From the NCBI GenBank assembly GCA_965240325.2, contig OZ251237.1:496001-560000 (forward strand): a stretch of DNA of 64,000 bases, in the 5' to 3' direction. Source of the DNA: Rebecca billardiae RCC1528 (taxonomy: Eukaryota > Protista > Haptophyta). This document shows, one piece after another, positions 1-11,213 of this stretch. Under the pieces are notes generated by a model that was given only the letters and a program-made list of their open reading frames with translations, had not been told where the DNA came from and did not search any database. A program made the position numbers and the translations under genes. How positions within the stretch are numbered: position 1 is the first letter of the stretch; each line of letters opens with the position of its first letter.

Positions 1-102
1 CTGGACGAATAGCCGGCCAGCCAGGCGGTCGTCGGCGGGGCGCAGCTCTCCCGGAAGCCAGCCCTCAGCGCACGGTGGCGTCGCGCAGAGGCGGGGGCGG
101 CC

Positions 103-286
103 TCTGCTGTCCCTGCGATGCGACTCAGAGGACGGTGCTCCGTCTGCCACGCCGAGTCGACCGCCAGGAGTAGACCTGCTGCGCCTGTCCCTGCGATGCG
201 ATGCGAAGGATGGTGACGAGGCGACGGCGCGGTGCAGCGTCTGCCGCGCCAAGTCGACCGCCATGAGGAGTAGACCTGCTGCGCCT
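103..286. repeat. imperfect tandem duplication (two ~80-100 bp copies) downstream of argJ
   Basis: TGTCCCTGCGATGCGA and GTCTGCC.CGCC.AGTCGACCGCCA..AGGAGTAGACCTGCTGCGCC each occur twice. Confidence 0.6.
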
Positions 287-288
287 TC

Positions 289-1665
289 TCACGACCGGTA
301 GTCGCAGTTGATCGTCACATACTCGTGCGTGAGGTCGGAGCCGAGCACGCGCACGGCGGCATCGCCGGCGCCCAGGTCGACCTCGATCTCAACGCAGCGC
401 TCGTGCGGCGGGAACGGCCAGCCGCCCTCGAGCTCGCGCTCCGCCTCGGGCGGCAGCTGCGTGTCGCACAGGTACGCGTACATCGCGTCCTCCGCCGCCC
501 CGTCGAGCGCAAACTGGCCGCGCTCGAAGAGGAGCCGCCCGCCCATCGTGATGGTGGCGTCTCGCACGTCGAGCGGCGCGGGCAGCTTGCCCACGCACGA
601 GCCGATGGCCGCGACGATTCGGCCGACGTTCGGGTCGTTGCCCGCGATGGCGCACTTGAGCAGGTTGGAGTTCACGACAGCCTTGCCGACCGCGCGCGCG
701 GTCGCGGCCGACGGCGCGCCGCGCACGCGCACGTCCATCACGTGATGGACGCCCTCGCCGTTCCTGACCACGTCGGCGGCGAGGCGCTCGCAGACGCGGC
801 AGAGCGCCGCCTCGAACTCCGCCGCGCCGCCCGGCGGGAGCGCCACCGCCGCCGACGAGAGCGCGAGCACCGTGTCGGACGTGCTCTGGTCGCCGTCCAC
901 CGAGATGCAGTTGAACGACTTCTCGACGGCGCGCACGAGCATCGCCTGGAGCTCCTCCTTGGGCACGGCGACGTCGGTGAGGATGAAGGCGAGCATGGTC
1001 GCCATGTCGGGCTCGATCATCCCCGCACCCTTCGCGAACGCGACGATGCGCCCGCCGCATGCCGCCTCCGCGCGCAGCTTGGGATAGGCGTCGGTCGTCA
1101 TGATGGCCTGCGCGGCGGGAAGGCCCGACTCGGACTGGCGCGCGGCCACCAGCGCGTCGATCTGGGCGCACATGGCGTCGACCGGGAGGCGCCAGCCGAT
1201 CACGCCCGTCGAAGACGGCACGACGAGCTCGCCGCCCCCGCCAAGCCCGAGGCTGGCAGCCACGGCCTCGCACAGCCGCTCGCTGTCCGCGACGCCGCCC
1301 GCCTCTCCGCCGGCGCACACGTTCGAGATCTTGTTGTTGACGAGGACGGCCTGCAGCTGCGAGCCCTGGAGACGGCGCTTGCCGACGATCACTGGCGCCC
1401 CCGGGAACGCGTTGCGCGTGAACACCGCCGCGAAACTCTCGGTCGGCTGCTCGAGCGCGATCAGCGTCAGGTTCATCTTCGCATTCATGTCGGGCTTCTC
1501 CTCTGGCCGGAAGCCGAAGCCCGTGGTGCCGACGGAAAAGCCGCGCGGAAGCTTGGAGTCGGCGACGAGCCGAGAGAGCTGAGGCCCGGTGGCGCCCGTG
1601 GACATGGCGCGCGCGCCAGCGACCACGAGCAGGAGCAGCGCGAAGACGTACCCCGACGGCGCCAT
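289..1665 (-). CDS. argJ: ArgJ ornithine acetyltransferase / glutamate N-acetyltransferase with N-terminal signal (probably organelle-targeting) leader
   Basis: Motifs FTRNAFPGAP, SSTGVIGW, AIMTTD, KGAGMIEPDMATML (autocleavage), SVDGDQSTSD, GNDPNVGR, SDLTHEYV. Start inferred at MAPSGYVFALLLLVVAGARA. Confidence 0.93.
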   Translation of the reverse strand: MAPSGYVFALLLLVVAGARAMSTGATGPQLSRLVADSKLPRGFSVGTTGFGFRPEEKPDMNAKMNLTLIALEQPTESFAAVFTRNAFPGAPVIVGKRRLQGSQLQAVLVNNKISNVCAGGEAGGVADSERLCEAVAASLGLGGGGELVVPSSTGVIGWRLPVDAMCAQIDALVAARQSESGLPAAQAIMTTDAYPKLRAEAACGGRIVAFAKGAGMIEPDMATMLAFILTDVAVPKEELQAMLVRAVEKSFNCISVDGDQSTSDTVLALSSAAVALPPGGAAEFEAALCRVCERLAADVVRNGEGVHHVMDVRVRGAPSAATARAVGKAVVNSNLLKCAIAGNDPNVGRIVAAIGSCVGKLPAPLDVRDATITMGGRLLFERGQFALDGAAEDAMYAYLCDTQLPPEAERELEGGWPFPPHERCVEIEVDLGAGDAAVRVLGSDLTHEYVTINCDYRS

Positions 1666-2202
1666 CGCTTCGCGCGGCGACTTTCGGCGGCCGCGATGAC
1701 GTTTGGCTGCGGCCGAGTCCACCGGACTCGGGCTCGGCCGCGGTGCCGAGTCCCGGTCCGGCCGCTCGACGGGCACGGCCTTCCTGCCGAGTGCCGACCG
1801 GCGGTACCACTCACAGTCCGACCGGCAAGTTAAGTCGGTGTGACTACGTCTCAGTCTACTACTCACGGTAGCCGTCACTCGGCCGCACTGGGGCGATCAC
1901 GGATCAGCGCGCCGCGCGACGGGCTCGCGGGCCGACGCGACTCTCGCCGACTGCGGCGGCGGCACGGCATCCGATTCCGAGGCTCGCGAGTCGGAGTCGC
2001 GGGCTGACACTAGGGCAAGGCGAAGCCCGGGCGGCGCCGACGGCGAACGGGCGGAAGGGCGCGAAGGCGGCACGAACTCGGAGGCGCGGTGACCCGCTCT
2101 TGTCACAGCGGGCCCCGCCATGCATGTAGAGGCTCTGAGACTGATGGCGGCGGCGCAGGCGGCTGCCGCGGCTGCCGCGGCGCCGGCTCAAGCGCCGGCC
2201 GC

Positions 2203-2710
2203 TCAGCTCCCGGCTGCCGCCGCCCCCGAGTCCGCAGGCGCGGGCGGCGGCACAAACTCCTCCAGCGGCTCAGGCTTCGCCGCGAGGTCGAGCGCGAACT
2301 GCGCCGTCATGCGCAGCCGCTCGCGCGCCTCGAACGGCATGGCGCGAGGGAAGCACTGCGGGCCGAGGTGCGTCGCGCCGTGCATCGTCACGGCGTCGCA
2401 GCGCACGCCGGCCGCCTGCATCTTGCGCGCCAGCGCGAGGCCCTCGTCGCGGAACGGGTCGAGCTCGGCCACGACCACCTTGGTCGGCGGCAGCCCGGCG
2501 AGCTGCTCGTCCGGCGCCCAGAGCGGCCACGCGCCGGGCGTGGTGCTGTCCGGCCCGTCGTAGACGCGCGCCATGTGGTAGATGTTCTGGATGTTCATCA
2601 TCAGCCCGTTGCACTCGGTCAGCGAGGGCAACGCGGGAAGCCGCGCGTCCGCCTTGCCATCCCAGCAGACGCTGTACGCCACGGGGCCAGCGACGTACGG
2701 GCAGAGCAAT
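2203..2710 (-). pseudogene. C-terminal half of an HSL-family alpha/beta-hydrolase (esterase); 5' part not found
   Basis: LLCPYVAG...LAGLPPTKVVVAELDPFRDEGLALARKM...HGATH carry the catalytic Asp/His region. No HGGG or GxSxG motif is visible upstream. Confidence 0.55.
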
Positions 2711-4750
2711 CGGGCCGAACTACGCGGCAGCAGGAGTACGATTGGTTCTAAGTTCAAGGCCACTGCCAACAGCACGAGCAGATGTGTGGCCTGGAGCTCA
2801 TATCGAGTCGCTCGATCTTGAGTTCGGCGTGATCGCTGAGGCGAGGCACGCGTTCTTCCGCAACTCATGACACGATTTGGATCTAGGCCACATTTCACTG
2901 CAGCTGCGGCGGCCACGCGCGGCCTCTTCTGCGCGACGACGCGCGGCTGCCGAGCGCCGACCCGTCTACCAAGCACGGTGTCCGAGCAGCGCTCCTCGTC
3001 GTCGAGCGCGGGGCAGACGGTCGGAACGTGTCGCACGCGGCGAGCGGTACTGGGTGGTCAGCTCACGCGAGCCATTCGCTGCGTCGCGCCCGCGCGCGCG
3101 AAGCCGCAAACGCCGCACTTCGCTGGCCGCGCAACCATGCTTCCGCGACTCCTTGGAACCGGCGCGGGACACCGAGCGAGCGCTCGCAAGGGCCGCAGCC
3201 GGCGGAGGAGAGCGCGCAGGCGCGAGCCAGCGGCGGGCGCAGGTGACATTTACCCTAGCGCCGGTGTGCACGCGCTCGCGACGACCTGTCGCGCGCGCTG
3301 CGGGCAGCGAGCGCGCGCGAGAGCGCCGGCGCGCGCTCCCGCCCGCCGCCGCCTCGAAAGCGCGATCTCGCAGTCAACTCCGTATGATCTCGCGGCGCGG
3401 CTTGAGGTTTTCACTGGCGACAGCCGTAAGCCTCGCCAAGGTCCCTCAGCGGGCCTCTCCGCTATGATATTCCGCTCCGTCCACCAATCGCACAGCAGGA
3501 TTGACGCGAGCTATGATAGGCAGCTATTATAGCTCTGGCTAGAGCGTCGCTCAACAACAAAGGAAAAGACTCCGAATATGATAACTGATCATGAATTGGA
3601 CCACAATCATACCCATCCAAACCAGCCGCTGTATGTTTTCGTTCGTCCAATCAAAGGACCGTATTTGATGGTCCTTTGGTCCAATCGCAGTGTGCAAAGC
3701 TTTCGTAATTCGTAAGGTTAATCCCAATTCCCAAAGACCCAAACAAAGTAATCAATGACTTGCTGCATCTGATGAAAACTTTCAGGAAATAAGGTTGTGG
3801 CCCGCTCATCAGTAGTGGCCCAGTGCGCGGCATGCCGCCCGGCTCGTCCCGCCAGCGCACCTCGCCTACTGTGCGCGCTCAGAGTCGCGGCGCCATCGCC
3901 GGATCGTCCGCCGGGGTGGATGGTGGGCAAGTAGACACCAATTGGAAGGGCATGCGCCGCTTCGGCATGCTGTCATCCGTTGTCTCTGCCACCTTGTCAC
4001 CGACGCGCGATCTGCAACGCAGTGAAACGCAACAGCTTGCACGCGCTGCTCTTTGCACGCCCGAAATAGGCGTGAGTGCGTGCTGATGCCGCCGGAGCAG
4101 CAACACGCAACGCTGTGACGTCTGTAGAGAAGAGACGAGTGGCGGATGCGTCCCGTAGCTGCTCCCATTTCTATTTTGAACGGTGTGTGTGATGACGATC
4201 GGCTCCGATGGCTGCCGCGTTGCTCACGGTGTGGCTTACAGGCTGTCGTGAGAGGCGTGAGAGGGCTACTCGGCCGCATGGTGGGTATGGGACGCTGCCA
4301 GGGCCTCACTAGCGGCGCTCAGGACCAACAGCGGCGCGTGACGTCGCACTCACGGCTATTCCGAGCGGCCCTGGGCCGCCGCTCGTCCGCGCTGGGCGGC
4401 CGCGCGGTCCGGCACTGTGGAGTGTGGGGCCGCACAGCCTGGGCACACCCTTTGATGGCCTTTCCAGTTTCCTGAAGAGTGAATGGTCATCTTTATATAT
4501 AACTCTTTACTTCGTGTCTGTCTTCGTGATGCTCTCAGTGATCACTTTGATATGAACTTATACTTTATATATATAGTTAGCCGTGGCTACTGGCATTCTA
4601 CCTGCGGCGCGGCACGGATTGGCAGCGGTCTCAAGGCCTCAGGAGTCAGGCCGCCTGACTCTCAGGTCTCGGGCGGAATCGGGAGACAGCGATGAATATT
4701 ATCATTATGCCGATGAAGCATTCCGGGCCGAGTCGGCAGTTCACAGCAGT

Positions 4751-6646
4751 TCACACGAGCCGGTCGATGGTCACAAGCGGGCTGCGCACGGGAGGCCTCT
4801 GCGGCTGCGAGGCTGCCCCCGCCCGCCGCACTGCTCCGAGCTGACCGCCGCCACTGGCACCGGCCGCGCCGCCATGCCGCCCGCCGAGCTGCGGCGTCTC
4901 CCCGCTGGCGCTCGCCGCCCAGCGGCGCGGCATCGGCGGCGGCAGCATGGGCGGCGAGAGCATGGAGGAGCTCGACACCAGCGAGCCGTGCCTACCACCG
5001 CCGCGCGAGCCGCCGTACGAGGACGATGCCCACGAGCCGACCTGCAGCCGGCTGCCGCTGCCGCGCGGGCTCGCGCCGCCGCCGCCCCCGGGACTGCCCG
5101 TCGCCGCCGTGCTCGCGCGCAGCGCCGAGCCGCGCGCGGGCGGGATGCGGTACTCGTCGGCGAACACGCGGTCGAAATGCGCCCGCCAGTCGACCAGGCC
5201 CAGCTGCGCCATGTGCCCGTCCTTGCGGGTGGCCCCGTTGCGCGCCCCGGCCGTGGCCGCGCGCTTGTCCGACGAGGCCGCGGTGCCGGTGCGCGCCGAG
5301 AGCGGGGTGCGCGCGCGCGTGCTGATCAGCGCGACCTGCAGCATCACCGAGATGAAGAAGGAGCAGTACTCGCGCACGGAGACGGCGGTGGTCCACAGGT
5401 CGCCGAGCTGCATCATCATCACCTTCCACCGCTCGGGGCCGACGCGCCCCTCCCCCATCGAGTCGTGCACCCAGTCCGTGCGCGCCACGGCCGCGGCGTC
5501 CTCCTCGTCGTTCTCCGTGTGCAGCACCGAGTAGAGCGCCTTGGAGCACTCCTGGTACTCGTCGTAGTTGAGGCCGCCGTCGCCGTCCCTGTCGAAGAAG
5601 CCGAAGGCGTCGCGCAGCAGCTTCTGCACGTACGGCGTGCGGCGCACCTGCTCGCGCCACACCAGGTCGTCGTCGCTGAAGCGCTTGAGCTGCACCTCGG
5701 ACATCGCGTCGCCGAACCGATCGGACCTGAGCATCGCGCGGATGCGCTGCACCTGCGTCGGGCTCGGCGGCCCGAGCAGCCGCCGCGCCTCCTCGTCCTT
5801 CTTCGACTCGATGTCGAGCTGCCTGTGCGCCTGCTCGAGCCACTCGGGCGCGCCCTGGCTGGTCCCGCCGAGCAGCCCGCTGCCGCGCCGCCCCGTCGAG
5901 CCGCGCCGCCCGGCGCCCGGCTGCGCCGTTCCGAGCGGCGACTCGCCGGAGAGCGACGCGCGCCGCTTCGCGAGCTGCGACGCGACTTCGTCGGTCGAGC
6001 CCGCGCCGACGGTGGAGAGCTTCTCGTCGAGCAGCTGCCGGAAGAGCTCGTCGTTCTCGTCCGTGTAGAACAGGCTCTCGATCGACCACGCCCCCGCGTC
6101 CCACGCGCCCTTGCGCCGCCGTCGCCACTGCAGCTCCTGCTCATGCCGCATCTCGAGCCGCTGGTACGCGAGCTCGGCGCGCGTCTGCCGCGCAATCTCG
6201 GCGGCCGTGGGCTCGTCGCTGGGCTCGGGGGTGATCGAGGCGTACTGGAGCATGCGAGGGGGCGGGCGCGCCCACTGCAGCTCGTCGCCCTCGCTTCCCC
6301 GCGACTTGGGCTTCGAGAGGAGCGAGTCCCCCGTCGGCAGCACGAACACGTCACTCGGCACCGCCGCGGCCGTGCGCGGGTTCTGGACGGGCAGGGTCGA
6401 CTTGGCCTGCTTGCGGAAGTCGGGCAGCGCGTTCGTCTTGAGCCGCATCATCTGCGACCGCTTGATGAACGAGTGCTTCGGCAGCGTGCTGCGATGGTGG
6501 TAGATGGACGACTCGTGGACGAGCAGCATGTCATCCTCCGTCACGCCCGGCACGGGCGGGAGCTTGGCGGCGGCGAAGTCGACGACGCTGTCGTAGTGCG
6601 TGCCGAACGCGCTCACACTGCCATCGCCGTCCGACAAGTACGACAT
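4751..6646 (-). CDS. EF-hand-containing hypothetical protein
   Basis: Long single ORF with canonical EF-hand loop DRDGDGGLNYDE; start inferred at MSYLSDG. Confidence 0.7.
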   Translation of the reverse strand: MSYLSDGDGSVSAFGTHYDSVVDFAAAKLPPVPGVTEDDMLLVHESSIYHHRSTLPKHSFIKRSQMMRLKTNALPDFRKQAKSTLPVQNPRTAAAVPSDVFVLPTGDSLLSKPKSRGSEGDELQWARPPPRMLQYASITPEPSDEPTAAEIARQTRAELAYQRLEMRHEQELQWRRRRKGAWDAGAWSIESLFYTDENDELFRQLLDEKLSTVGAGSTDEVASQLAKRRASLSGESPLGTAQPGAGRRGSTGRRGSGLLGGTSQGAPEWLEQAHRQLDIESKKDEEARRLLGPPSPTQVQRIRAMLRSDRFGDAMSEVQLKRFSDDDLVWREQVRRTPYVQKLLRDAFGFFDRDGDGGLNYDEYQECSKALYSVLHTENDEEDAAAVARTDWVHDSMGEGRVGPERWKVMMMQLGDLWTTAVSVREYCSFFISVMLQVALISTRARTPLSARTGTAASSDKRAATAGARNGATRKDGHMAQLGLVDWRAHFDRVFADEYRIPPARGSALRASTAATGSPGGGGGASPRGSGSRLQVGSWASSSYGGSRGGGRHGSLVSSSSMLSPPMLPPPMPRRWAASASGETPQLGGRHGGAAGASGGGQLGAVRRAGAASQPQRPPVRSPLVTIDRLV

Positions 6647-6853
6647 CGCGCGCGCCTGTGGCCAGCGCCGCGCGCCCGCGCGCGCCGCGCCCGGCTCGGT
6701 GTGGCGGACAGGCCAGCAGCGAGCTGCGCCGTGTTGTTGCGAGTCGTCGTGTGGAACAGCCGTGTAACGTACTATTGTATCGTGCATACATACGGGTATC
6801 TTTGGGCGGAGAATGAAAAAGCAGTGAAAAGGCCACGGAAAATAGGCAGCACG

Positions 6854-7930
6854 ATGGCTGGCGCGCATTGCCGCGCGCTCGCGCTCGCGCTCGCGCTCGC
6901 GGCCCTGCCGATCAGCAGCCTAGCCGCCCACCGCGGGTTGGCCGCAGCTGACGCGAGGTATGTGGCGAGTCTGGATAATGCGAGCAGCATCAACGCGACC
7001 CAGCCGCGGCCAAACGCCCGTCCGCATCCGTCCGGCCTGACCTTTGCGCTGCTCATGCCGTGCACGCCCGGACACTTCAAGCACTTCCTGCCCAGAACGC
7101 TGATGGCGTACGCTGCATCCGCGGTGCACCCTGACGAGGTCATTGTCTCTGTGAGCGGCTCGTCCACGCCCAGCGACGCGCTCGCTCCGCGGCGCCTCGA
7201 CGAGGTGCGCGCGCGCTTCAGCAGCATCTTCAGCCGTTTCGTTCTTGTCGCGCACCGCTCGCCCAAGTCGTCGGGTGCGAACCGCAACCTGGCGGCAGCG
7301 CACGCGACGAGCGAGATCTGCATCTTCGGCGACGCGGATGACCTGCCGCACCCGCAGCGCGTCACCGTGCTCGCCCACTTCTTCGCGCGCATGCCCAAGG
7401 TCGACATGGTGCACCACACGTGGTGTGACAGCCGCGCAGCGTTTGAGTCGTGGACTGCGGCCAAGCTGAGCACGGTGCGCGTCGTCACGCCGAGCGAGCT
7501 GAGCCGCACATTCGACGTGCGCGTTCGCCAGCGGTACTCTCCCGCCGCGGCGGCACGGATGATCGCCCGCACCGACCGCAGCGCGCTCGTCCCCGAGCTC
7601 CTCACGCTGATGCCAGTCTACCAGCCGCTTCGCACCGCCAAACCTATTCACACGGGGAATCTCGCCATCCGCCGGCGCGTGCTCGAGGCGGTGCGCTGGC
7701 CCGACAAGCACGGCGGCGAGGACAAGACCTTCTCCTGGAGCGTCGTGGCGCAGTTTGGCTCGGCCATCGTCATCGAAGTGCCATTGATCTGCTATTGCAA
7801 GTCGTCGTCCGCAAAGTGCAAGTCCGCATGCTCGCCGGCGACGACATTGGCGTCGGCAACGTCAACGGGCACGATGATGCCGTCAAACGACATCGGCTGG
7901 CCTGTGGTCGGCCGCCGCCGACGACTGTGA
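6854..7930 (+). CDS. secreted/Golgi GT2-like (GT-A fold) glycosyltransferase
   Basis: Hydrophobic leader ALALALALAALP; PDEVIVS, GANRNLAA, IFGDADDLPHPQR (DxD), GGEDK motifs. Confidence 0.75.
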   Translation: MAGAHCRALALALALAALPISSLAAHRGLAAADARYVASLDNASSINATQPRPNARPHPSGLTFALLMPCTPGHFKHFLPRTLMAYAASAVHPDEVIVSVSGSSTPSDALAPRRLDEVRARFSSIFSRFVLVAHRSPKSSGANRNLAAAHATSEICIFGDADDLPHPQRVTVLAHFFARMPKVDMVHHTWCDSRAAFESWTAAKLSTVRVVTPSELSRTFDVRVRQRYSPAAAARMIARTDRSALVPELLTLMPVYQPLRTAKPIHTGNLAIRRRVLEAVRWPDKHGGEDKTFSWSVVAQFGSAIVIEVPLICYCKSSSAKCKSACSPATTLASATSTGTMMPSNDIGWPVVGRRRRL

Positions 7931-8243
7931 CGATGATGACGATCGCGCGATGTATATGCTGATGACAGGCCCGCGGCGCAGGCTTCGCGGCCCCGCGGGG
8001 CCGGCGCCAGCAACGGCAGTCGGACTGAGCATATCCCAGTGCCGATGACGCACCTTAGTTAGCAGCAGTGAAAAATGACGACAGGCGGGCTGCGCGGCGA
8101 CGCATCAAAAAGAACCTCGTCACGTGAACGAATTCTATATGATGATGATTTATATTATATATAATAAAGACACGTACAGCTAACAGCAGCAGGCATCAGG
8201 CGAGGGCGCCGTGAGTGAGCTCTCCTGAGTCTCCTGATTCGTA

Positions 8244-8348
<105 letters not shown>

Positions 8349-8457
8349 GTGCCGATTGGATGAGACAGAGGGTGTCAGTGAGCGCACCTCAAAGATGTGC
8401 GGGTGCCGTTTCTGGACGCTTCTAGCCTTGATCTCCTGAACATTTGTAGGGGAGATG

Positions 8458-8483
8458 AGTTTAGTCAGTCGACTGACTAAACT
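8458..8483. repeat. perfect 26-bp palindrome inside the left end of the TIR element
   Basis: AGTTTAGTCAGTCGACTGACTAAACT equals its own reverse complement. Confidence 0.9.
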
Positions 8484-9581
8484 TTTTCTTCAATCAAGGC
8501 TCCTCACGACTAGGCGCCGTCTTGCACGAAATCCCTATCCTCTCGTCTGGCCACGGCCCTTGGTCTGGCGGTCTTGCATCAAATCCTGGACTCGCGAGGG
8601 CAAGGGGTGGGCCCTCTACCTACGGCCGCCAAACCGGTAATACGCGTTCTGAGCCCGGTCTGGTTGCGGGCGGCCCGGGGCCGCCGCGCCCCGGCTGCCG
8701 GGGCGGCGACTCGGGGAGGCGAGCGTTGGCGCGCGCCCGCCGTGGCCGCGGCGGCAGCGGGGTCGTTGGGCCATCCCAGGGGTATCCGAGCCTCTCGACA
8801 AGGGGCCGTGGCTGCGCCTCGCGTGGGCTGTACTGCACGCGGGCAGCCGACACGAATGCGATGCGCCATCCAAGCGCGAGCCCGAGAGCTTTCGCGACAC
8901 GGGTGCTGCGCGAGCACGTCTGAAGGAGCGGGCAAGGTCTCGAGAGGAAGCAGGGAGACCACAGAAGTGCTAGCTCGCAACGACAGTCAGGGAGCGCGAG
9001 CCGCCCCGCTGCGCTGCCTGAGCCGGTCGCCCCACGGGCACGGCCACGGGCCACGCGTGGGCGGGCAAACGTGACTGCCGCGCGGCAAGGCTTGGTGAGT
9101 GTGTACATGCTTCAAGTGGCTGGTCGCTGGTAGAGCTGCTGCATCCCAATCGCGAGCAGCCAGTAACAGCGACTCGGCCGCGCCGCCGCGGCCGTGCTCC
9201 GCAGTTCTGGTGCCCGCGCGGAACTGACGGTCACGGTTGCGCACCCGCGGGCGGCGAGACCAGTCAGTGGGCCGGCTCTGCCGCCGTCCCTGAGCGTGAC
9301 CCGCAGTGGCGTCGCCGGGCTTGCAGGGGGGTCTAAGCCGGCCGCCCGCCCGAACCGGAGCCTGGCACGACCGTATCCGGCCCGCGCCGCCGCGCGCTGC
9401 CACAGTGGCCGGTGGCGGTGGCACGCGTCGGGCCCGCGCAGCCCGCGCGGCCCGCGCCGCCGCGCGGCCCGCGAGCGCGGGCCTCATCCGACGAATAAGA
9501 CTGACGAGTATCACGAACGAATATGGCGCCAATGCGGGATAGTGCGACTGGAGTGCTGAGCCGTGACTGACTACGTCATGC

Positions 9582-11213
9582 CTACCAGCCGTACGTACAT
9601 CCCCGCCCACTATTCGGATGGTAGCCCGCGGTCGGCGGCGGCGAGCCGCCGATGATTGTCCCGCCGGTCGCTGTGACATCCTTCCACTTACGCCAGGTGA
9701 AGCGCAGGCCGATGACCGACTGGAAGTCGGTGAACAGGACGAGCTGGTGCGGGCTCTCGGCGAGCGTCGTGGCGGGAGAGAAGATCTCGGCGTAGTTGTC
9801 CGACGCGTTGCCGTTCAGCGGAGCGATCGAGAAGAAGGGCCAGCCGGGGGCGAGCGGCAAGCTCGCGTGAGATGCGAGCTCGAGCTCGTACCGGCCGCGC
9901 AGCCAGCGGCCCAGGCGGTCCTCGGCGAAGAGGTCGATGACGGCAGCATCGTACGCGGTGGCATCGACCTGGACCGATGCGCGCTCGGCTGCGTGCAAGC
10001 CTCGGCAGTGCGCGACGACGCGCGTGAGCAGCCGATCGAAGATCGCCGCCTGCTGCTGCTGGCGGACGCGAATGTGCATCGGCTCCCGCCACAGGAACTC
10101 ACGGTACCGCGCGACGAGGTTGTGCACAGCCTCCGCCGGCGGGCGGTACAGCTTCGCGCCGTGCTCGATGGCGACGATGGTGACGTGGCGATACACCTTA
10201 CTGCCGGCGAGGCAGCCCGCGACACGGCGCTCGGACTCGACGCACGCCGCAACCAGATCGGCGTCCGCGGCGATGCCAATCTCATCGCGCCCTGCGCGGC
10301 GCGCGCGGGCACGCGCGCAGGACGCGCGTCAACACGGGCGGCGGGGGGGAGCGGGCACGGCGCGCGCGCAGCGGGATCCGATCGTACCGAGATCGAGCAC
10401 GTGCTCGTCCGCCTCCCCGAGCAAGCACGGCCGCAGCGGGTAGCCGCGCTGCTGCCCGTCCTCCGCAGCCCCTGTCGTCGTCGGCAGCACGATGCCGCCG
10501 TCCGGCTGCTTCCAGGCCTTCAGGCCGACACCGAACTCGAATGGCATGCGGGCGGTCGGGAGCTGCGCGATGACCTCCTCGGGTGGCTCGGTCAGATTCA
10601 TGTTCGCCACATGCAGCACGTTGCGCTTGGCCTTGAACGGCTGCGGCTCGGACTCGCCCTGCCTGGCATCACAGACGACGGGGCGGACGACGACACGCGG
10701 TGTTGGCGCGCCGCGGGTATGCGCGCGCAGGGAGGGATCGCGGGCGGGGCGGCGCACCTCGGGCGCTTGAACGCGGTCCATGCATTCACGAAGAAGTCCA
10801 GTGCGCCCCCGCGCGCGATGAACTCCGCAAGGTTCTTCCACACCATCACCTTGCCATGCACCGTCTCGACCTCGATCTCCTCCTCCTTCCAGTTGCCGAC
10901 GTGCTCGTAGACCTCCGCAGGGTGGTAGTCTGCGGTGCGCGTCTTGCCAGGCAAGTCCTCCACGAAGTAGAACCACTTTACCATGAGGGTCACTGACCCC
11001 GCGACGACTTCTTGACGACGCGGCGCACCTGCGCGAGCCCGGCGCGCTCCGAAGGCCTGCCGTTCTTCTGCAGCCACTGCACGACGACATGGTCTCCGAT
11101 TCCGATATTGATGCCGCGCCAGATGACGCCGACATTCCGCAATCGTCCTCCCCGCGTGGCGGCGGTGACGAGCTCCGGCGCGGTGGCCGGCGGGAGCTCC
11201 CCGCTCCGTCCAT
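9582..11213 (-). CDS. 3-exon BAH-domain protein with an uncharacterised C-terminal domain; two 1-nt frameshifts in G runs
   Basis: WRGINIGIGDHVVV...LAQVRRV...VTLMVKWFYFVEDLP...EVYEH...EIEVETVHGKVMV fits the BAH pattern. GT-AG introns 10663-10757 and 10292-10387 join three ORFs in frame. Shifts lie at ~11199-11202 and ~10997-11000. Confidence 0.62.

Noticed and set aside
3560-3790. Possible C/D snoRNA or organellar fragment in the AT-rich island
   Set aside because: No convincing paired box C/D with terminal stem and no recognisable organellar gene; would need an Infernal or BLAST search
4583-6853. N-terminal 757 codons of the 1115-aa ORF
   Set aside because: Antisense shadow of the EF-hand gene; the glycosyltransferase begins at the signal peptide at 6854
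8500-9560. Transposase remnant in the left half of the TIR element
   Set aside because: No DDE or other transposase motif recognisable in the translations provided
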